50,414 nucleotides of DNA from Candidatus Bipolaricaulia bacterium (lineage in GTDB: Bacteria > Bipolaricaulota > Bipolaricaulia > JBHIAT01): NCBI GenBank assembly GCA_046758705.1, contig JBHIAT010000004.1:1-50414 (forward strand), in the 5' to 3' direction. The notes beneath the pieces were generated by a model. That model did not search any database. It saw only the letters and a list, made by a program, of their open reading frames with translations, and was not told the DNA's origin. Shown in pieces: positions 37,931 through 47,309 of this stretch (positions within the stretch are counted from its first letter, which is position 1; each line of letters opens with the position of its first letter). A program made the position numbers and the translations under genes.

Positions 37931-38762
37931 CGCTTGGCTTTCCCTCTCCCGGCCTCATCTTACGGCACATCTGTCGGTACAGCTCCGTGTACTCGGGTCG
38001 GTCCTCACAGACGAACTCGCCGGTCACCCACCGGTCGCCCAGCTCCTCCACGGTCATCGACTCCGCCTCCTCCACGGGGACCGTCATCCGTTTGAACTCG
38101 TGGATCATCTGGTAAGGATCGGCGGGATGGTTCAACCGGCCGTAGTAAGTCGGACACGGGGTGAGGATATCGACGACCGAGAACCCTCGATGGGCGATCG
38201 CCCGCTCGATAAGCCGGGGGACTTCCTGAAAATCGAACGTGGTTGTCCGGGCCACATAGGTCGCTCCGGCGGCGATCACCAGCTTGACGATGTCAACGGA
38301 AGGTTCGATCCCGCCGTGGGGGGCGGTCACGCTCCGCTTCCCCATCGGGGTGGTCGGGGCGAGCTGCCCGCCGGTCATTCCGTAGATACTGTTGTTGTAG
38401 ATGACCGCGGTCAGATCGATGTTGCGGCGGGCAGCGTGGAGAAAGTGGTTGCCGCCGATCGCCAGTGCATCTCCGTCTCCCAGCGTCAGGATCACGGTCA
38501 GCTCCGGCCGAACGAGCTTGATTCCGGTGGCGAACGCGATTGCCCGCCCGTGGGTGGTGTGCATCGTGTTGAAGTCAAGCATGAACGCGGTTCTCCCCGA
38601 GCAGCCGATTCCGCCGACGATCACCACCCGATCCTGGTCCAGCCCGAGCTTGTCGATCGCGGCCACCAGCCCGTGGATGATGATTCCGTGGCCGCACCCC
38701 GGACACCAGGTGTGGGGGAGGGCCTTCGGCCTCAGGTAGATGTTGGAATATACGTTGGTCAT
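37908..38762 (-). CDS. korB: 2-oxoacid:ferredoxin oxidoreductase beta subunit
   Basis: WCPGCG, GIGCSG, HGRA, GDGD...IGGNH, NNSIYGMTGGQ..PTTP. Confidence 0.93.
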   Translation of the reverse strand: MTNVYSNIYLRPKALPHTWCPGCGHGIIIHGLVAAIDKLGLDQDRVVIVGGIGCSGRTAFMLDFNTMHTTHGRAIAFATGIKLVRPELTVILTLGDGDALAIGGNHFLHAARRNIDLTAVIYNNSIYGMTGGQLAPTTPMGKRSVTAPHGGIEPSVDIVKLVIAAGATYVARTTTFDFQEVPRLIERAIAHRGFSVVDILTPCPTYYGRLNHPADPYQMIHEFKRMTVPVEEAESMTVEELGDRWVTGEFVCEDRPEYTELYRQMCRKMRPGEGKPSDDRSPRP

Positions 38763-39877
38763 CCGATCCTCTGTCTCACCCGCTCATAGATCTGCTGGGG
38801 GGTGATCAGACTGCCATCGACCCGGCTCAGCGTCTCCACCTGCGCCCGGCCCTCCGCGGCCAGGCGCACCTCCCGCACCAGCTGTCCCAGGTTGAGCTCT
38901 GGAACCAGGATGTAATCCACGGCTTCGGCCCACTCCCGGACCCGATCGGTTGGAAACGGCCACAGGGTGTTCAAATCGACCAGCCCGACCGCCACTCCCT
39001 CGTCCCGCAACCGGAGGACCGCGCTCTCTGCAGCGCGGGCCGGCGTTCCGTAGCTGATGACCAAAGATCGTGCATCCTCGATCGAGTGTGTCTCATAGAG
39101 TGCGATCTCGGCGCGGTGATCCTCGACCTTGGCGACGATCCGTTTGAGCTGTCCTTCAGCGATCTGACCGTTGGCGTACCAACCCCATTCATCGTGGGCC
39201 ATGCCGGTGACGTTGAACCGAACCCCATCTCCAAAGTTCAGCATCGTCTCATCCCGGAACGGCGCGAACGCCTCCAGATCTTGGGGTCGCTTCCGAGAGA
39301 CGACCTCCAGTTCGTCGGGCTCGGGGACTTTGATGTTCTCCCACATATGGGCAAGGACGCCATCCAGCAGGAAGATCACCGGCGTCCGGTACCGTTCGGC
39401 GAAGTTGAACGCGGTGACGATCAACCGATAGACCTCCGAGACCGACGAGGCGGTCAGCACGATGATCGGATGGTCGCCATGGGTCCCCCAAATCGACTGC
39501 ATCACATCTCCCTGGGAGGGCTGGGTGGGCTGACCGGTGCTCGGGCCCCAACGCTGGGCGTCGACGATCACGCACGGGGTTTCGGTCATCGCTGCGTAAC
39601 CGATTCCCTCCTGCATCAGCGAGAAGCCGGGACCGCTGGTGGCGGTCATCGCCTTGGCACCGGCCCACGAGGCACCGATCACCGCTGCCAGCGAGCCGAT
39701 TTCATCCTCCATCTGGATGAACACACCGTCGACCCGGGGCAACTCTCGGGTCATGACCTCCATGATCTCGGAGGACGGGGTGATCGGGTAGCCGGCAAAG
39801 AACCGGCAGCCGGCGGCGAGCGCCCCGTAAGCACACGCCTCATCACCCTGAACCAACATCTGTCGCGGTTTGTCCAT
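38759..39877 (-). CDS. korA: 2-oxoacid:ferredoxin oxidoreductase alpha subunit
   Basis: FFAGYPITPSSE, QMEDEI, TATSGPGFSLMQE, GPSTGQPT, ELNLGQ; start ATG 39877. Confidence 0.93.
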   Translation of the reverse strand: MDKPRQMLVQGDEACAYGALAAGCRFFAGYPITPSSEIMEVMTRELPRVDGVFIQMEDEIGSLAAVIGASWAGAKAMTATSGPGFSLMQEGIGYAAMTETPCVIVDAQRWGPSTGQPTQPSQGDVMQSIWGTHGDHPIIVLTASSVSEVYRLIVTAFNFAERYRTPVIFLLDGVLAHMWENIKVPEPDELEVVSRKRPQDLEAFAPFRDETMLNFGDGVRFNVTGMAHDEWGWYANGQIAEGQLKRIVAKVEDHRAEIALYETHSIEDARSLVISYGTPARAAESAVLRLRDEGVAVGLVDLNTLWPFPTDRVREWAEAVDYILVPELNLGQLVREVRLAAEGRAQVETLSRVDGSLITPQQIYERVRQRIG

Positions 39878-40124
39878 GTTTCTCGCCTTTATCGATGAAG
39901 ATCGCGAAGTCGGGACACCAACGCTCGCAAATCCCGCAGAAGATGCATCGATCGATCTCGGTAACCCGGACGCGGCTCTCAGCGTCCAGAGCGAGAATGC
40001 CACTCGGACAGGCGTTCACACAGATCTCACAGCCCTTACACCATGCCGGGATGATCGTCAGACACGCCTCTCCCTGATAGTGACGTTGTTCTATCGTCGT
40101 AGCTGTTGCTTCAGATTCTCTCAT
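39843..40124 (-). CDS. korD: 2-oxoacid:ferredoxin oxidoreductase delta (ferredoxin) subunit
   Basis: WCKGCEICVNACP and CIFCGICERWCPDFAI. Confidence 0.9.
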   Translation of the reverse strand: MRESEATATTIEQRHYQGEACLTIIPAWCKGCEICVNACPSGILALDAESRVRVTEIDRCIFCGICERWCPDFAIFIDKGEKHGQTATDVGSG

Positions 40125-40156
40125 GGAGTCCGGCCGATCGGTTTATTTAGGGACGT

Positions 40157-40462
40157 TTACTTACGGATCAGGTCCGGAGGTTTGACGACCGGGCAGCTCA
40201 TCCCATCTTCCAGCAGGCAGCGGCATCCCTGACCGGCTTCCAGCAGGTTGTAGTCGAAGTAGTCGCAGACGGGGACGTCTCCGAGCATCTCCACCCGGCG
40301 ACCGGTCACCTGGCAGACAACGACCTCCCTATGCTCACTCCAATCGACGAGTTGGCCGCCGCACAGCTCACACCGTTCGTCCGGTACGCCGTAGGAGCGG
40401 TCGGCGTAGATGATCGCGCCGCACGCCTGACAGCGCAGCTTATAGTTAGGACCCTGATTCAT
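40157..40462 (-). CDS. Small Cys-rich putative metal-binding protein
   Basis: ATG 40462 after GGAGGTG; CQAC and CELC plus five further Cys in 101 aa. Confidence 0.7.
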   Translation of the reverse strand: MNQGPNYKLRCQACGAIIYADRSYGVPDERCELCGGQLVDWSEHREVVVCQVTGRRVEMLGDVPVCDYFDYNLLEAGQGCRCLLEDGMSCPVVKPPDLIRK

Positions 40463-40488
40463 CGCATTCACCTCCGTTACATCGGTCG

Positions 40489-41454
40489 TTACATCGGTTG
40501 TGTTGGAACCGCGCCGCAGCGGTTGAGAATTCGCTCCCAATCTCGGTCCACCTGGGCCTGGATCTCATCGACAAGATGTTCATTCCCAGGCTTAAATAGG
40601 TGGGCAAATCGTTTCTGAGGTTTCAACCAGGCAACGACATCGAGCTTCTCGATCGGCCAGTGGGTCAGCCTCCAGCGGCCGTCTTCGATCTCGTACAGCG
40701 GCCAGTAGCAGGTCTCCACCGCCAGCCGTGCCATCTTGACCGACTGGCTCGGCTCGAACCCCCAGCCCCGTTGGCAGGTAGACAGTACGTTAATGAACGC
40801 CGGGCCCTCGGCAGCAACTCCCTTCACCACCTTGTCCGCCAGATCCTGCCAGTGTGAGATGGACGCCTGAGCCACATAGGGGATGTGGTGAGCGACGGCG
40901 ATCTCGGTCAGGTCCTTGCGTCTCTGGATCTTGCCGAAGCTTTCCGCTCCCCGAGGCGCGGTGGTCGTGTGGGCCGCGAACGGGGTGGCGCCGGAGCGCT
41001 GGTTGCCGGTGTTCATGTACGCTTCGTTGTCATAGCAGACGTAGAGGAAGTTGTGACCGCGCTCTAACGCCCCGGAGAGCGACTGCAACCCGATGTCATA
41101 GGTGCCCCCGTCCCCGGCGAATACCACGAACCGGATCGGTTTTTCATCTCCATCCTTATCAAGCTTCCCCTTCTGTTTCAGAGCTCGATAGGCGGTCTCT
41201 ATGCCGCTCATCGTGGCGGCGGCGTTCTCGAAGGCGTTGTGAAGCCAGGGGACGTTCCAGACGGTGTTCGGGTATCGGGTGGTGGCGACCTCAAGACAGC
41301 CGGTAGCGGTGACCACCACCACCGGATCCTCGATGGTGTTCAAGACGGTTCGCACCACAATCGGAATCCCGCAGCCGCTGCACAGAGAGTGGCCGCTGAC
41401 GAACCGCTTCTCCCGTTCCTCACTCTGGGCCAGGGTCTTGATCGTCGGTATCAT
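40489..41454 (-). CDS. porB: Pyruvate:ferredoxin oxidoreductase beta subunit
   Basis: GHSLCSGCG, TGCLEV, FENAAA, GDGGTYDIGLQSLSG, DNEAYMNTGNQRS. Confidence 0.93.
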   Translation of the reverse strand: MIPTIKTLAQSEEREKRFVSGHSLCSGCGIPIVVRTVLNTIEDPVVVVTATGCLEVATTRYPNTVWNVPWLHNAFENAAATMSGIETAYRALKQKGKLDKDGDEKPIRFVVFAGDGGTYDIGLQSLSGALERGHNFLYVCYDNEAYMNTGNQRSGATPFAAHTTTAPRGAESFGKIQRRKDLTEIAVAHHIPYVAQASISHWQDLADKVVKGVAAEGPAFINVLSTCQRGWGFEPSQSVKMARLAVETCYWPLYEIEDGRWRLTHWPIEKLDVVAWLKPQKRFAHLFKPGNEHLVDEIQAQVDRDWERILNRCGAVPTQPM

Positions 41455-41472
41455 GGAGATCCAGTCCTCCTC

Positions 41473-42672
41473 TCATTCTCGCGAGCCAATATATCGCATG
41501 TTTAACTCCGGTCCCAAGGCCGAGGCCAGGGTCTCGTCCTGGAGTTCCTCGAAGACGGCCATGATCTGTTCAGGGGTGATATCCCGGCCACCGAGACCAT
41601 AGGTGTAATTGTACAACCTGGGCATCTGGGGCAGGTCGTACAAGGCGGAGCTCACCTCGAGGAACAGCGGCCCCGCGCTCCCGAACGATAGAGACCGATC
41701 CAGGATGGCGACGGCCGTCCTCCCCTGGAGGGCGGTGGCGATCTCCGCCCGCGGGAACGGCCGGAACAGCCGGAGCTTCAGCACCCCGACCCGCTCTCCA
41801 TCCCGGCGCAGGCGGTCGACCGCCTCCCTGGCCGTCCCGGCCGTCGAGCCGAGTACAATCACCACCCGGTCGGCGTCCTCCAGAGCATAGGCCTCGAAGC
41901 TCCCCTGATACTGCCTTCCCGAGATTCCGGCGTACGCATGTTGGATCTCGGGCAGAAGTTCGAAGACACGTTCGATCGCCTCGACCTGCTGAAGTTTGTG
42001 CTCGAAGTAGTAATCGGGCATGGCGAACGCGCCCTGGGTGGTGGGATGCTCGACATCCAGCAGCGCAGCGCGGGGCTGATGCTCGCCGACGAACCGCCGC
42101 ACCTGCTGATCATCCACCAGGGCCACCGGCTCTGCCGAATGGGTAATGGTGAAACCATCCTGCATCACCATGACCGGAAGCAGCACGTTCTCGGCGAGCT
42201 TTTGAGCGATGATGATGTGGTCGTAAGCCTCCTGGGCGTTCTCGGCAAACAGCTGGACGACCCCGGAGTCGCGGGCGGCCATGCTGTCCGAGTGATCACA
42301 GTGGATGTTGATCGGCCCGGAGAGGGCCCGGCTCCCGATAGCGATCACGATCGGTGCTCTCAGCGAAGCGGCGATGTAGACGATCTCGAGCATCAATGCC
42401 AGTCCCTGGGATCCGGTCGCGGTCATCACCCGGGCGCCGGCGAGCGACGCCCCGACCGCTGCGCTCATCGCGCTGTGTTCGCTTTCCACGTTGATAATCT
42501 CCGTATCACAGCGCCCGTCGGCGACGAACTGGGCGAAGACCTCGGCAATCGGCGTCTGAGGAGTGATCGGATAGACCGGTACCACATCTGGATCGATCTG
42601 GCGCATCGCATGGGCGACGGCCTCAGCCCCGGTGAGCACCTGAGCTTTGCGATCTACCTCCACCGTGCGCAT
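41473..42672 (-). CDS. porA: Pyruvate:ferredoxin oxidoreductase alpha subunit
   Basis: YPITPQT, VESEHSAMS, RALSGPINIHCDHSD, DGFTITH, GLGGRD. Confidence 0.93.
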   Translation of the reverse strand: MRTVEVDRKAQVLTGAEAVAHAMRQIDPDVVPVYPITPQTPIAEVFAQFVADGRCDTEIINVESEHSAMSAAVGASLAGARVMTATGSQGLALMLEIVYIAASLRAPIVIAIGSRALSGPINIHCDHSDSMAARDSGVVQLFAENAQEAYDHIIIAQKLAENVLLPVMVMQDGFTITHSAEPVALVDDQQVRRFVGEHQPRAALLDVEHPTTQGAFAMPDYYFEHKLQQVEAIERVFELLPEIQHAYAGISGRQYQGSFEAYALEDADRVVIVLGSTAGTAREAVDRLRRDGERVGVLKLRLFRPFPRAEIATALQGRTAVAILDRSLSFGSAGPLFLEVSSALYDLPQMPRLYNYTYGLGGRDITPEQIMAVFEELQDETLASALGPELNMRYIGSRE

Positions 42673-42684
42673 TGATCTCCCTCC

Positions 42685-43647
42685 TTATCCTGATACTGAA
42701 CTTGTCATCCGACCTTGAGGCGGGACCTGCTCCGCCTCGGGCACCATGGAGATTGACTCCACCGGGCAAACCTCAAAGCAGATACCACATCCCTTGCAAC
42801 TGTCGTAATCGAACCCTTGCATCATCTCCGACTCGATGATAACGGCTGGCTCCGGACAGTTGATCCAGCACAGCAAACAGTTGATACAGGTCCGTTCATC
42901 GTAGATCGGCTTCTCTCCGGTCCTCCAGGCTCCGGTCTTTGGCCGATCCTCGGAGAAGCCCAGCACCACCCCGGCGGTCGGCATCTCACGGTAGCTCATC
43001 AGCGTTGCCGTTCGTCTCCCTGTCGACGTCGACGTACTGGGTTGCTGTTCATGTCCATCCCGTCGTACTGTTACCTCTGTCTCAGAGTTCCCGTTTATCC
43101 AATCGTATCCCTGTCTCAGGGCCTCAAGGTTGACGATCACCGCCTGATCGCTGAGCTTGCCCGTCAGCATTTCCTGCATCGCTTCCTCCACCGACGTCAA
43201 CGGAACCGACTCAAGCGCCCGCACCAACGCACCGAGAACAGGCACGTTGGGAAAGCGATTGCCCGTCTCCTCAGCGATGCGGTCGGCATCCACCGTCCAG
43301 ATCCTCCCGACGTAGCCGGTGACCTCGCGCACCTGCTCGGGGGTCTGCAGGGTGTTGACCAGCAGCAGACCGTCCGCCTTGAGCCCGTCGGTCACCCCGA
43401 CGTCCTGGGAGTTCAGCAGGGTGTTGTCGATCACCACGACGATATCCGGTTGGTAGACCCCAGCGTGAACTTTGATCTCGGCCTCGTCGATTCGGTTGTA
43501 AACCTTCATCGGAGCGCCTCCTCGTTCCGGACCGTATTCCGGGAACGATTGGACGAACTTCCCGATCTTGAGCGCGGCAACTGCCAGCACCTGGGAGACG
43601 GTCTTCGCGCCCTGTCCTCCACGACTGTGCCATCGAATCTCTAGCAT
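42685..43647 (-). CDS. porC: Pyruvate:ferredoxin oxidoreductase fused gamma-delta subunit
   Basis: EIRWHSRGGQGAKT and FPEYGPERGGAP (gamma); low-complexity linker; TGAWR...P, CINCLLCWINCP, CKGCGICFEVCP (delta). Start ATG 43647; 43668 is an alternative. Confidence 0.9.
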   Translation of the reverse strand: MLEIRWHSRGGQGAKTVSQVLAVAALKIGKFVQSFPEYGPERGGAPMKVYNRIDEAEIKVHAGVYQPDIVVVIDNTLLNSQDVGVTDGLKADGLLLVNTLQTPEQVREVTGYVGRIWTVDADRIAEETGNRFPNVPVLGALVRALESVPLTSVEEAMQEMLTGKLSDQAVIVNLEALRQGYDWINGNSETEVTVRRDGHEQQPSTSTSTGRRTATLMSYREMPTAGVVLGFSEDRPKTGAWRTGEKPIYDERTCINCLLCWINCPEPAVIIESEMMQGFDYDSCKGCGICFEVCPVESISMVPEAEQVPPQGRMTSSVSG

Positions 43648-43680
43648 CGTTTCTCCTCCGTTCTCCATTTCCTCTTAGAC

Positions 43681-45297
43681 CTAAGCTTCGTTGAGCCAGC
43701 GGTCGATGCCCCATGCAGCGATCTTCCCGTGGCGAACCGCCTCGACCACCGTCGCACCGCCGTTGATGCAATCTCCGCCGGCGAAGTACCGGGGGTTGGT
43801 CATCTGGCCCGTCTCGGGATCGATCTTGATCAGACCGGACTCCAGTTCAACGTTCGCTATCGATTCCAGAAATTTGGTCCGCCGGCGCTGTCCGATGGCC
43901 TTGATGACAGTGTCGATCTCCAGGACAAACTCGGTGCCCTCCACAGGTTCCGGTCTGGGACGGCCGGAACGATCCGGGGTGCCCAGCTTCATGTGGATGC
44001 ATTCGACCGCCTGGACTCGGCGATCGCCGATGAATTTCACCGGGTTGGTCAGCCAGTAAAAGTGAACCCCCTCGTCACGGGCCTCCTCCACCTCATGACG
44101 ATAGGCTGGCATCTCCTTATTCGTTCTGCGGTACAGGATGATCACTTCCTGGGCGCCCAACCTGACGGACTCTCTGGCGACATCGATCGCCGTGTTGCCT
44201 CCGCCGATGACCGCCACCCGCCGACCCACCTTCAGCTTGTCCCACTCCCCCTGCTTCAGCATCTCGATGAACTCGAGCGAGTAATAAACACCTTCCAGCT
44301 CATCTCCGGGGTAACGGACGTCGATGTCCTCCCCGAGACCGATCCCCAGGAAGATCGCTTCGTGACGCCGCTCCAGTTCCTCGATCGGGATCTCCACCCC
44401 GATCCGGGTGTTCATCTCAAACCTCACACCGAGCTCTTGGATCCTCTCGACTTCCTGGGGGATCGGGTCGTACCACTGGCGGTAAGGGGCGATCCCGTAG
44501 GTAATCAGACCACCGAAGTCCGGATAGGCATCATAGACGGTCACCCGATAGCCCCGCTGGGCGAGCTCTGCGGCACAGGAGAGTCCGGCAGGGCCGGCGC
44601 CGATCACCCCGACGCTTTCCTTGCGCTTTCGAGTTGGGATCGGGGAAATGTACGGGATCCCCCGACTCAGGACCCAGTCGGTGGCATACCGCTGCAACCT
44701 CCCAATGGCCACCGGTCTGCGACCCTCCTCCTTGAGCACGCAGACACCCTCGCACAGTTCCTCCACTGGACAGACGCGCGCACAGCTCCCCCCCAGGATG
44801 TTGGCAGAGAAGATCGTCCGAGCCGATGCCTCGGGATCGCCGAGGCGGATCTCTTGGATGAATTTGGGGATATCGATCTGGGCGGGACAGGCTTCAACAC
44901 ACGGAGCCGGTGCATAGGGACCGCCGCATTCCAGGCACTTGCTTGCCTCGACGACCGCCTGTTCATCGGTGTAAACTGGATAGAGTTCGGCGAATCGCTC
45001 CGCCGGCTCCAAAACCGCAGTCGATGTCGATCTCCGTTCCATCGTTCCTCCTTCCAATCCCCTGGCTTCGATGCTCTTTGTGTCTGTGGTTGTGATCTGC
45101 CAGACCTTGACGTTTCCTACCTGACGATAGTCGATCATCCCCCTTGCTTTGAGAACCTCAAGGTACTTAGAGGCGGTATGACGTGTGATGCTCAACTCAG
45201 CCGCGATCTCCTGAATGTACATGCCGGTCTCAGATCCCCGAAGCGCGTTCAGGATTCGGGGCTCAATCTCCTGTGAGAATCCCTTCATCGTCCTCAC
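43681..45297 (-). CDS. Winged-HTH domain fused to a GltD/PreT-like FAD, Fe-S NAD(P)H oxidoreductase
   Basis: N-terminal GMYIQEIAAELSITRHTASKYLEVL...G HTH; then CLEC...PCVEACP, CARVCPVEELCEGVC, IGAGPAGL, IGGGNTAID, YRR, AGGDCINGG. Confidence 0.88.
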   Translation of the reverse strand: MRTMKGFSQEIEPRILNALRGSETGMYIQEIAAELSITRHTASKYLEVLKARGMIDYRQVGNVKVWQITTTDTKSIEARGLEGGTMERRSTSTAVLEPAERFAELYPVYTDEQAVVEASKCLECGGPYAPAPCVEACPAQIDIPKFIQEIRLGDPEASARTIFSANILGGSCARVCPVEELCEGVCVLKEEGRRPVAIGRLQRYATDWVLSRGIPYISPIPTRKRKESVGVIGAGPAGLSCAAELAQRGYRVTVYDAYPDFGGLITYGIAPYRQWYDPIPQEVERIQELGVRFEMNTRIGVEIPIEELERRHEAIFLGIGLGEDIDVRYPGDELEGVYYSLEFIEMLKQGEWDKLKVGRRVAVIGGGNTAIDVARESVRLGAQEVIILYRRTNKEMPAYRHEVEEARDEGVHFYWLTNPVKFIGDRRVQAVECIHMKLGTPDRSGRPRPEPVEGTEFVLEIDTVIKAIGQRRRTKFLESIANVELESGLIKIDPETGQMTNPRYFAGGDCINGGATVVEAVRHGKIAAWGIDRWLNEA

Positions 45298-45330
45298 GCC
45301 TCCTTAAGTTCGAGATTCGGTGATCATATT

Positions 45331-45345
45331 TGGTAACCATTACCA
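45331..45345. promoter_or_regulatory. Inverted repeat, candidate repressor operator
   Basis: TGGTAA-CCA-TTACCA between the predicted -10 and the RBS of the HTH-fused gene. Confidence 0.45.
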
Positions 45346-45358
45346 GTCTCCAATGCTT

Positions 45359-45446
45359 ATTTTACGGGAAGGATCGCCGATTGTCTGTGATCTAAGTCAT
45401 AAATTGAGTGTGAGTTTTCTAACTGATTGACATGATGTAAATCACA
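45359..45446 (-). promoter_or_regulatory. Putative CRP/FNR promoter of the por/kor operon, triple box
   Basis: -10 TAAAAT (45359-45364); boxes TGTGATCTAAGTCATA (45386-45401), TGTGAGTTTTCTAACT (45409-45424), CATGATGTAAATCACA (45431-45446). Confidence 0.72.
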
Positions 45447-45541
45447 GGAGACTGGGAGTGGATGCACCTAGCCCTCACGTGTAGGCGTTTTCAAACCCCA
45501 TGTCGCCAGGACCAAGATCGCGGCGATGCTCGTTGCCATTT

Positions 45542-46339
45542 TCATACCGCCAGATCGCGGCGCTCGAACGCGATCAGCGCCACCGCCAACAACACGACGG
45601 TCAGCCCGATCAACACCGCCACGTGCCCGGGGTTCAGCCCGTTCTTCAGCGGCTCGGCACTAGAATAGTAGTAGAACGGTGACAACTTGCGGAACGGTTC
45701 TAGGGTTTCCACTAACGTTGCAAGCGAGTTAAGGAAGTAGGTGGCCACACCGAGCGTGCTTGCCACGCCGATGCTTAACCCCCGTTTGCCCGTGATGCAG
45801 CCGAGCGTCAACGCCAACGTGCCAAACGCCAGTCCTAACAGCACACTGCTCAATGTCATCTCCACTAACCGCCCGAGGCCGATCTCCATCTCAGCGGCTA
45901 TTGTGCCTACCACCAGCCCCAGCCAGAAGATAAACGCCAGCACCAACGTGGCCCCGATCATCGCCACGAACTTCTCCAACGCCACCTTTGAGCGCGGCAG
46001 CGGGTTGGAGAGCAGCAGATCGAGCGTACCCCGTTCCTCTTCTCCAGCGATCGCGCCGCTGCCCATCCCAATAGTAAAGATCATGAACAACAGCGGCATC
46101 ATCAGGGAGAACAGTTCGGCATTGAGATAGCCCTCCGGTGAGGTGAGATCGGAGATGTCACCCACAATGGCTTTCATAAACTCCGGCGCTTGCTCGAAGA
46201 TGTCGCTGAACTCCGGATTATCCCGGATGGTCGGATAGAAAAGGGTCGTGTACAGAGCCAGTCCAACCAAGCCAATCCCCCACCACAACAGGGCACGGCG
46301 CCGATCTTGCAACGTCTTCAACAGCACGTTACGCAGCAT
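45542..46339 (-). CDS. ABC-2 type transporter permease
   Basis: AIAGEEERGTLDLLLSNPLPRS and LSPFYYY motifs, six TM segments; start ATG 46339. Confidence 0.9.
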   Translation of the reverse strand: MLRNVLLKTLQDRRRALLWWGIGLVGLALYTTLFYPTIRDNPEFSDIFEQAPEFMKAIVGDISDLTSPEGYLNAELFSLMMPLLFMIFTIGMGSGAIAGEEERGTLDLLLSNPLPRSKVALEKFVAMIGATLVLAFIFWLGLVVGTIAAEMEIGLGRLVEMTLSSVLLGLAFGTLALTLGCITGKRGLSIGVASTLGVATYFLNSLATLVETLEPFRKLSPFYYYSSAEPLKNGLNPGHVAVLIGLTVVLLAVALIAFERRDLAV

Positions 46340-47240
46340 GACCCTCACCTTCGCTTCCGCTGTAGTAGGCCAGGAAGATCTCTTCCAGGCTCGGTTCATG
46401 GTTGATCACATTGACCACCTCAAACTGTGCCGCGGCCTTGATCATAGCATCCAGCGCACCCATGACGGTGCAGCGCAGCACACCATCTTCCACGGTCACG
46501 TCGCGCACACCGTCCACACCGGTGAATGCCTGTTTCGGCACAGGGTTAGCAAAATGAATCTCCAGCTGACGCAATGCACGGGCCTTCAGCGTTGCGACGT
46601 CCTCTACAGCGATCAACTCTCCCTCGCGGATGATCCCCACGCGATCGCATACCCGTTCCACCTCGGGCAGGTTGTGCGACGACAGGAACACCGTCCGCCC
46701 CTCCGCCTTGACCTCGGCGAGTAAGCGGTAGAATTCCTGCTGCATCAGCGGATCCAGGCCGCTGGTCGGTTCGTCGAAGATCAGCAGTTCCGGCCGGTGC
46801 ATGAACACCTGAATCAGTCCGATCTTCTGCTTGTTGCCGCGTGACAGAGAGCGGATCGGTCGCGAGAGATCGCACTCCAGTCGTGCCGCCAACTCCTCGA
46901 CGAACTTCCACTCCACACCACCACGCAAATAGCTCATGTGACGCAGCAACTCGGCACCGGTCAGGTTCTCGTACAGCGCCAGTTCGCCGGGCAGGTAGCC
47001 GATGCGTCTACGGATCTCGCGACTGTGCTGGCGGGAATCCAGATCGAAGATGGACACACGGCCACGCGTGGGGCGGATGAGGTCGAGCAGTATGCGGATA
47101 GTGGTCGTCTTGCCGGCGCCGTTGGGGCCGAGATAGCCGAACACCTCGCCGGTCCGGACATCGAGGTTGACATCGAGCACACCACGCTGCTTGCCGTAGA
47201 ACTTCGTCAGCTCCTCCACCACGATGACGGACATGTCCAT
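46329..47240 (-). CDS. ABC transporter ATP-binding protein
   Basis: Walker A GPNGAGKTT, signature LSRGNKQK, Walker B LLIFDEPTSGLD, SSH. Confidence 0.95.
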   Translation of the reverse strand: MDMSVIVVEELTKFYGKQRGVLDVNLDVRTGEVFGYLGPNGAGKTTTIRILLDLIRPTRGRVSIFDLDSRQHSREIRRRIGYLPGELALYENLTGAELLRHMSYLRGGVEWKFVEELAARLECDLSRPIRSLSRGNKQKIGLIQVFMHRPELLIFDEPTSGLDPLMQQEFYRLLAEVKAEGRTVFLSSHNLPEVERVCDRVGIIREGELIAVEDVATLKARALRQLEIHFANPVPKQAFTGVDGVRDVTVEDGVLRCTVMGALDAMIKAAAQFEVVNVINHEPSLEEIFLAYYSGSEGEGHAA

Positions 47241-47309
47241 GAGCCTCCTTCTTTTCCCCGACAGGAAGTATACCCCGTGGATGTTAAAAAATTGTTAACT
47301 GGTGAAAAA

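Noticed and set aside
43729-45276. Long antisense ORFs (for example 43729-45276, 32427-33527, 21720-22853, 22887-23948, 1739-2785)
   Set aside because: They lie opposite well-supported genes, show no recognisable motifs and are expected shadows in GC-rich coding DNA.
35631-45297. Calling the two flavoproteins glutamate synthase or dihydropyrimidine dehydrogenase
   Set aside because: Neither gltB nor preA is adjacent; only family-level assignment is supported.
47267-47309. Membership of the ABC exporter promoter in the CRP regulon
   Set aside because: A -10 (TATACT) is present but only a half-site (TGTTA) sits at the expected distance.
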